A stretch of 31,244 nt of DNA from a virus (Duplodnaviria > Heunggongvirae > Uroviricota > Caudoviricetes): IMG/VR virus record IMGVR_UViG_2585428013_000006; one strand, 5' to 3'. Shown here in pieces: positions 26,931 to 31,244 of the stretch. The number at the start of each line of letters is the position of its first letter. The first letter of the stretch is position 1. The position numbers were made by a program, and so were the translations under genes. The notes below the pieces were generated by a model. It was not told the DNA's origin and made no database searches. It saw only the letters and a program-made list of their open reading frames with translations.

Positions 26931-27873
26931 CGGCGTGATCTCCAAAGTCGGCGGAATAGCCAGCGCATGGGCCGCAGTCTGGGCAATAGCCACCACCATG
27001 ACGCCCGCAGCAGTCGCAGACAGGCAGCACGCCGATCACTTCTTTGGCCTTCTGGCGGTTTTCTTTGTCGGTGCTGACGGAACGTTGCACGCTGATTTCG
27101 TGCATCTTGAAGGGCTGATAAATCGCGCGGGTGGCTTCGGTGTCGCTGTTGGAAATGACGACCTTCACGCCATGCTTACGGTTAACTTCCAGCAGTGCCT
27201 GGACTAACTGGCGGTGGTTGTCTTCCGTGAATGGTTCGGTGTGGTATTGGGTAAAATCGGCTGTTTTGCTTTCAGGCAGGTAAGGCGGATCGCAGTAAAC
27301 GAGAACATCGCCACCCGTGACGACCTGTAGAGAACGCTGGAACGGCGCGCAAAGAAATATTGCCTTTGTATCGTTGGCCTTTTCGGCAAAGAGGCGGATT
27401 TCATTTTCAGGAAAGTAGACGCTCTTATACTTGCCAAACGGCACGTTAAAGCCGCTCTTCCGGCTGTATCGGCATAAGCCGTTATAACCGTGACGATTCA
27501 GATACAGGAATTGAGCAGCGCGCATAATGCACGCCATTTCAGCGCCATAACGCAACCCACCGCTTTTTACCGTACCCACCTGCTTATTGAACGCGGCGCG
27601 GACTTCGTTGTACCCCTGCGGGCTGTTCTTGCTGTTGAACAGTTCGCGGGCCGCATCGATCACTAAGTCCGGGTAACGGGTGACTTCCCGATACAGGTTA
27701 ATAAGATCCGGGTTGATATCAGCCAGCACATAGCGGCGGTACTCAGTCGCCAGAAATACCGATGCGCCACCTACGAACGGTTCGATCAGGCAGTCGGCTG
27801 TAGGAAGGTGCGGCAGCAGGTCAGGAAGGACACGGGTTTTACCCCCTGCCCATTTGATGAACGGGCGGATCAT
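26920..27873 (-). CDS. dam: Dam-family DNA adenine (N6) methyltransferase with Cys-rich C-terminal extension
   Basis: KWAGGK, EPF.GG.SVFL, DPPY; colinear with E. coli Dam; extra C-terminal tail CDCCGRHGGGYCPDCGPC. Confidence 0.9.
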   Translation of the reverse strand: MIRPFIKWAGGKTRVLPDLLPHLPTADCLIEPFVGGASVFLATEYRRYVLADINPDLINLYREVTRYPDLVIDAARELFNSKNSPQGYNEVRAAFNKQVGTVKSGGLRYGAEMACIMRAAQFLYLNRHGYNGLCRYSRKSGFNVPFGKYKSVYFPENEIRLFAEKANDTKAIFLCAPFQRSLQVVTGGDVLVYCDPPYLPESKTADFTQYHTEPFTEDNHRQLVQALLEVNRKHGVKVVISNSDTEATRAIYQPFKMHEISVQRSVSTDKENRQKAKEVIGVLPVCDCCGRHGGGYCPDCGPCAGYSADFGDHADAF

Positions 27874-27874
27874 T

Positions 27875-28087
27875 TTACAGGACTCCGTAAGGGGAAGATG
27901 GAACAGCCGGACGCTGCAACGCCGTGGTAAGGCGCTGGCGCATGTCGTCGATAAAGCAGGAAACAGAGGGATCGTCAGAAGAAAGGGTTAACTCACCATC
28001 GCGGCGGGTTTTAATCGTCAGCCCTTCACGCTCAACAGCAGGTAAGAGAACGTGCAGGATGAAGTTATATTGATCGCGTTTAGTCAT
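27875..28087 (-). CDS. Hypothetical small protein
   Basis: 70 aa; ATG with GAGG RBS; 1 nt before the Dam start. Confidence 0.4.
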   Translation of the reverse strand: MTKRDQYNFILHVLLPAVEREGLTIKTRRDGELTLSSDDPSVSCFIDDMRQRLTTALQRPAVPSSPYGVL

Positions 28088-28129
28088 GATTCGAAGCCTC
28101 AGAAATTGCCGGGTCTCCCCGGCAATCTG

Positions 28130-28312
28130 TTACTGGTGATCCGCTGATTGGTTAGCTGACTTGAGGGCAGGCCAGACAAGGAGAAGAAGAGCGCCAACGA
28201 AGAAGGCGTCGCCAATCACCGAAAGCAGGTAGCTGGTGAAATCCACTGCTACGACCATGAAGGCCAACAGCAGGGCCAGCGCCGGACGTAGTGAATCCAG
28301 CACGCGCAGCAT
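28130..28312 (-). CDS. Small membrane protein with two predicted helices, co-translated with the TerB-like gene
   Basis: 60 aa, mostly hydrophobic; ATGA overlap with the upstream stop; hairpin at 28105-28126 downstream. Confidence 0.45.
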   Translation of the reverse strand: MLRVLDSLRPALALLLAFMVVAVDFTSYLLSVIGDAFFVGALLLLVWPALKSANQSADHQ

Positions 28313-28746
28313 CAGAGATAATCCTCAACACGCAGCCCCAGACGGCGCCCGACCTCTTCCAGCACCTTCTGTTCTTCTGGTTCGATCTGGCCGTCCGCTT
28401 CGGCGATAGTCAGCATGTTGACGAAGACTTCTTCGGCTTCTTTCGGATCGTTTTTGATGTCGTCTATTTCGCGCAAAATGTTCATGCGGCCAACGCGGAA
28501 GCCAGCTTCAAGCTGTTCCGTATAGCGGTTGATGGTGGATGTAATTTCATTGCCGAAATGCGCAAGGCGCGGGTTAGAGCGGATAAGCTGATCCAGCTTG
28601 CTGGTTTCTTCTTTTTCGATCTCGCCATCGGCGGCAGATACCAAAAGACAACCGCCGACAATAGCTTCCATAAGATCGCGATTTTCCACTTTCTTAAGTT
28701 CAACTTTTGCCGCTGCTACTTTTTTTCCAAACAGTTTATTAAACAT
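28312..28746 (-). CDS. TerB-family (tellurite-resistance TerB-like) domain protein
   Basis: 144 aa from ATG 28746 (AAGGA RBS); two acidic repeats, SAADGEIEKEE and AEADGQIEPEEQ, typical of TerB domains. Confidence 0.65.
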   Translation of the reverse strand: MFNKLFGKKVAAAKVELKKVENRDLMEAIVGGCLLVSAADGEIEKEETSKLDQLIRSNPRLAHFGNEITSTINRYTEQLEAGFRVGRMNILREIDDIKNDPKEAEEVFVNMLTIAEADGQIEPEEQKVLEEVGRRLGLRVEDYL

Positions 28747-28840
28747 GCTATTTATCCTTTTTAGGATGAGTGAAAGCGCCATCACTTAATTAAGTGACGA
28801 CAGTGAAGACTGTTTTTTAATTAATATTTAACTGGCGTTG

Positions 28841-29071
28841 TTAGCCGATTAAATTTCTCAAAGCATTAACAAAGTTAAAAAGTAATCCTTTGTTTATCTT
28901 CTTCGTATAAACAAAGGGCTTACTCATTCCCTTAATAAATTGAACCTTGCTAGGCTCAGGCTTAAAGAATTGCCCGTCTGGTGTTTCCAGCCAGCCGCGT
29001 GAGTTCTTGAAGTGTGTAACCTGGCATCCATGCTTAAGCAGGCTTGCCAGTGATGGGCCTTCATCGTGCAT
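28841..29071 (-). CDS. Hypothetical small protein
   Basis: About 76 aa from ATG 29071; the track start 29101 is TTG; AT-rich. Confidence 0.35.
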   Translation of the reverse strand: MHDEGPSLASLLKHGCQVTHFKNSRGWLETPDGQFFKPEPSKVQFIKGMSKPFVYTKKINKGLLFNFVNALRNLIG

Positions 29072-29312
29072 TGCTGCCCCCTTGCTTATACATCTGATCA
29101 ACCGTGCGCATGGCTTCCGCTAAAGCAAAGTCACGCCCGTAATAATCGCCATTACTGGAAATACGATAAGAGTGCTTAAACGTAAATGGATTACGCGGGC
29201 ACTTTTGAATCGTGAAGCCACGATATAAATATGAGTGACGACTTAACTGTATTAATTGCACAGCCACAAAATCCCCCTCACATTCCCAATTTAAGCAATT
29301 CACCATCAACAT
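29061..29312 (-). CDS. Hypothetical small protein
   Basis: 83 aa; overlaps neighbours at both ends; AT-rich. Confidence 0.35.
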   Translation of the reverse strand: MLMVNCLNWECEGDFVAVQLIQLSRHSYLYRGFTIQKCPRNPFTFKHSYRISSNGDYYGRDFALAEAMRTVDQMYKQGGSNAR

Positions 29313-29481
29313 GGCGGGCCACGTCTTTGGTTATTTTCTTAATCAGCTTTTTATCCCTGATCATAAACTCGCCGCTATTGGTGCGAATCATGAATCCCGT
29401 TTGCATATCTTTTAAATGGGTGTCCAGAATGTCGTTGCATTCACGCACCCGGTTTTCGTGGTTGGCTGTTTTCTGGCTCAT
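29278..29481 (-). CDS. Hypothetical small protein directly downstream of cox
   Basis: 67 aa from ATG 29481 (GAGG RBS); the track ORF extends 5' into cox in another frame. Confidence 0.4.
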   Translation of the reverse strand: MSQKTANHENRVRECNDILDTHLKDMQTGFMIRTNSGEFMIRDKKLIKKITKDVARHVDGELLKLGM

Positions 29482-29491
29482 CGCGATAACC

Positions 29492-29773
29492 TCAAAGACC
29501 GATCCACAGCAACCAAGCGTCGCGCTGCTCTCTCGGACGGTTGTAGTAGGCGTCACGCATTGCACGATTGAACTCAGGAATATAGATCCAATTCTCAGCA
29601 CGGGCGCCCAGGCTTTCCGGGTTCTTCCACGGGATGATCGGCAACTTACCGTCTTCAATCATGCTCTTAACCGTGGCGGGCTTCTTACCGATTAACTCGG
29701 CAAATTTAGGGTATGGAACCGCGTCAACGGCGTGACGCACTTCAATGAACCCCTCTAACTCTTTCTCTGTCAT
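29492..29773 (-). CDS. cox: Cox (excisionase / lytic-switch repressor of Pc)
   Basis: 93 aa; resembles P2 Cox (AELIGK, DGKLP, W.Y.P.N, WL.W.GL); divergent from C. Confidence 0.8.
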   Translation of the reverse strand: MTEKELEGFIEVRHAVDAVPYPKFAELIGKKPATVKSMIEDGKLPIIPWKNPESLGARAENWIYIPEFNRAMRDAYYNRPREQRDAWLLWIGL

Positions 29774-29837
29774 GTGTCATAATCCCCATCGGCGCTAGGC
29801 GCTTATTTCGGCTTGTAACTGCTTATATTGGCGGTTG

Positions 29838-29884
29838 CTCATGGTAGAGATTACCACCCTTAAGGAGAATGTTATGGTAGAGAT
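29838..29884. promoter_or_regulatory. Immunity switch region: direct repeats ATGGTAGAGAT (29841-29851 and 29874-29884), candidate C operator overlapping the early promoter
   Basis: Exact 11-bp direct repeat spaced 33 bp at the C start; P2 C binds direct-repeat operators around Pe. Confidence 0.45.
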
Positions 29885-30194
29885 CCCTACCCCGTCAAGC
29901 GGCGTGGGTGAAAAAATCAGAGCTATCAGGGATGCGGAAGGGTTAACAAGGCAGCAATTCTTTGAATTAACTGGAATACCTGCTGGCACGCAGAAGTATT
30001 ACGAGACAGGAAGAGTGGAGAGTATTGGTAGCGATATCTTGCTTAAGATCACTCAGCATTCACGTTTCGCAAAATACACGCTCTGGCTTATGACTGATAA
30101 GACCGCCCCTCAAGCTGGTCAAATCGCACCGGCCCTCGCACACATTGGGCCAGAGTCAACTGGATCAGACCGCTCCGAGAAACAAACTGGTTAA
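29874..30194 (+). CDS. C: Immunity repressor C (HTH)
   Basis: 106 aa from ATG 29874 with AAGGAG RBS; HTH-like segment GEKIRAIRDAEGLTRQQFFELTGIPAGT; between cox and int. Confidence 0.8.
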   Translation: MVEIPTPSSGVGEKIRAIRDAEGLTRQQFFELTGIPAGTQKYYETGRVESIGSDILLKITQHSRFAKYTLWLMTDKTAPQAGQIAPALAHIGPESTGSDRSEKQTG

Positions 30195-30263
30195 CTGTTT
30201 ATAAACATTACATTTTCACTATCTGTTATCAGGATGGGGAAATAAACGCCGGAGGGCTTTCTT

Positions 30264-31244
30264 ATGTCGATTAAGAAGCTCGAAGGTGGTCAATATGAAG
30301 TGGACGTATGGCCGCGCGGACGTAACGGAAAACGTATCCGCAGGCGATTTGAGAAGAAACAAGAAGCAGTTCTTTTTGAGCGTTATGTATTAGCCAACGC
30401 CGACAAAAAAGAATGGCTGGGCGCGAGCGTTGACCGCCGCACCTTAAGCGAGTTGTTAGATACCTGGTGGCTGCTATATGGACAGACTCAGGAAAATGGC
30501 GAGATTGAAAAGCGGCACCTGAATAAAACAATCAAGGCGCTTGGTGATCCAGCCGTTAACCGACTGAACAAGCGAATGATTGCACAGCACCGAAGCCAAC
30601 GGCTGGAAGACGGTATCAGCGCAGCAACGATCAACCGGGATATTTACCGTTTGTCCGGGATGTTCAGCACGTTGATAAAGCTGGAAGAGTTCAGAAAGGA
30701 AAACCCCTGTAAGGGTCTGGAACCACTGAAAGAAGCGCCGCCAGCTATGACTTATCTCGCCAAATCAGAGATCAGCAAATTGCTGGATACTCTGACCGGC
30801 GACGATCGACGTGTAGCACTGCTATGCCTCAGCACTGGCGCACGCTGGGGTGAAGGGAGCACGCTGCGAGGTGAGCAGGTTAATCACGGGCGTGTGACGT
30901 TCCTTAAGACCAAAAATGGGAAAAAGCGCACGGTTCCGATATCGGAAGAACTGGAGAAAGAGATCAAGACCAGCGACACCGGGCCACTGTTCAAAGTTGA
31001 CTATGAAAACTTCTGCGAACGGCTCAGGTTGGTTAAGCCTGACTTACCACGCGGGCAGGCCACACACGTGCTTAGACATACTTTTGCAAGCTGGTTCATG
31101 ATGAACGGGGGGAACATTATTGCGTTACAGCAAATTCTGGGGCACGCCAGCATACAACAGACGATGGTTTATGCTCACCTTGCACCTGATTACCTGCAAC
31201 ACGCAGTAACGTTAAACCCTCTTGGCGGCGGGCTGACGGTGTGA
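30264..31244 (+). CDS. int: Tyrosine integrase
   Basis: 326 aa; C-terminal H-x-x-R (LRHTFAS) and catalytic Tyr (MVYAHL); GGAGGG RBS; stop is the last codon of the window. Confidence 0.9.
   Translation: MSIKKLEGGQYEVDVWPRGRNGKRIRRRFEKKQEAVLFERYVLANADKKEWLGASVDRRTLSELLDTWWLLYGQTQENGEIEKRHLNKTIKALGDPAVNRLNKRMIAQHRSQRLEDGISAATINRDIYRLSGMFSTLIKLEEFRKENPCKGLEPLKEAPPAMTYLAKSEISKLLDTLTGDDRRVALLCLSTGARWGEGSTLRGEQVNHGRVTFLKTKNGKKRTVPISEELEKEIKTSDTGPLFKVDYENFCERLRLVKPDLPRGQATHVLRHTFASWFMMNGGNIIALQQILGHASIQQTMVYAHLAPDYLQHAVTLNPLGGGLTV

Larger units (their letters stand above)
675..31244. mobile_element. P2-like temperate prophage, ogr through int; attachment sites not resolvable in the window
   Basis: Syntenic set of P2-family genes (ogr, D, FI, FII, E, T, U, G, H, I, J, W, V, S, R, lysB/C, K, Y, X, L, M, N, O, P, Q, cos, A, cox, C, int) recognised from translations. 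Confidence 0.9.

Noticed and set aside
29835-29873. Longer C repressor start at TTG 29835
   Set aside because: No RBS. ATG 29874 is preceded by AAGGAG at ideal spacing, and the upstream in-frame ATG is part of the operator-like repeat.
1-31244. CRISPR arrays, tRNA or rRNA genes, IS elements
   Set aside because: No regularly spaced short direct repeats, no cloverleaf-like tRNA candidates, and no transposase-like ORFs were seen. The only mobile element is the prophage itself.

Overview
This window is an almost complete P2-like (Peduovirus-type) temperate prophage of an enterobacterial host, about 30.6 kb from ogr to int, running off the right edge just after the integrase stop. All calls rest on reading the six-frame translations and the DNA by eye, with family recognition from memory; no database search was run. 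Gene content, in descending coordinates: int and C repressor (+), then a long minus-strand early operon (cox, three small ORFs, a TerB-domain gene co-translated with a tiny membrane protein, Dam methylase, a C5-cytosine methylase, replication gene A). Between A and the cos site sits a compositionally distinct two-gene insert: a HEXXH metallopeptidase (ImmA/IrrE-like) followed by a possible PIN-like protein that starts at GTG after tandem stops. This is the position where P2 carries old/tin, and it is my best candidate for an undescribed accessory or defence system. The structural genes follow: terminase P and portal Q (+), then O-N-M-L-X-holin-K-LysB/LysC-R-S-V-W-J-I-H-G (-). The FI-FII-E/E'-T-U tail block is on the opposite strand to canonical P2 synteny, while D and ogr keep their usual orientation. 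Other observations: three TGT-N12-ACA late-promoter dyads, each about 32 bp from an alternating CG tract; a 62-bp repeat present twice; a -1 frameshift site for E+E'; and a low-GC membrane ORF at the left edge. No rRNA, tRNA or CRISPR array was seen.
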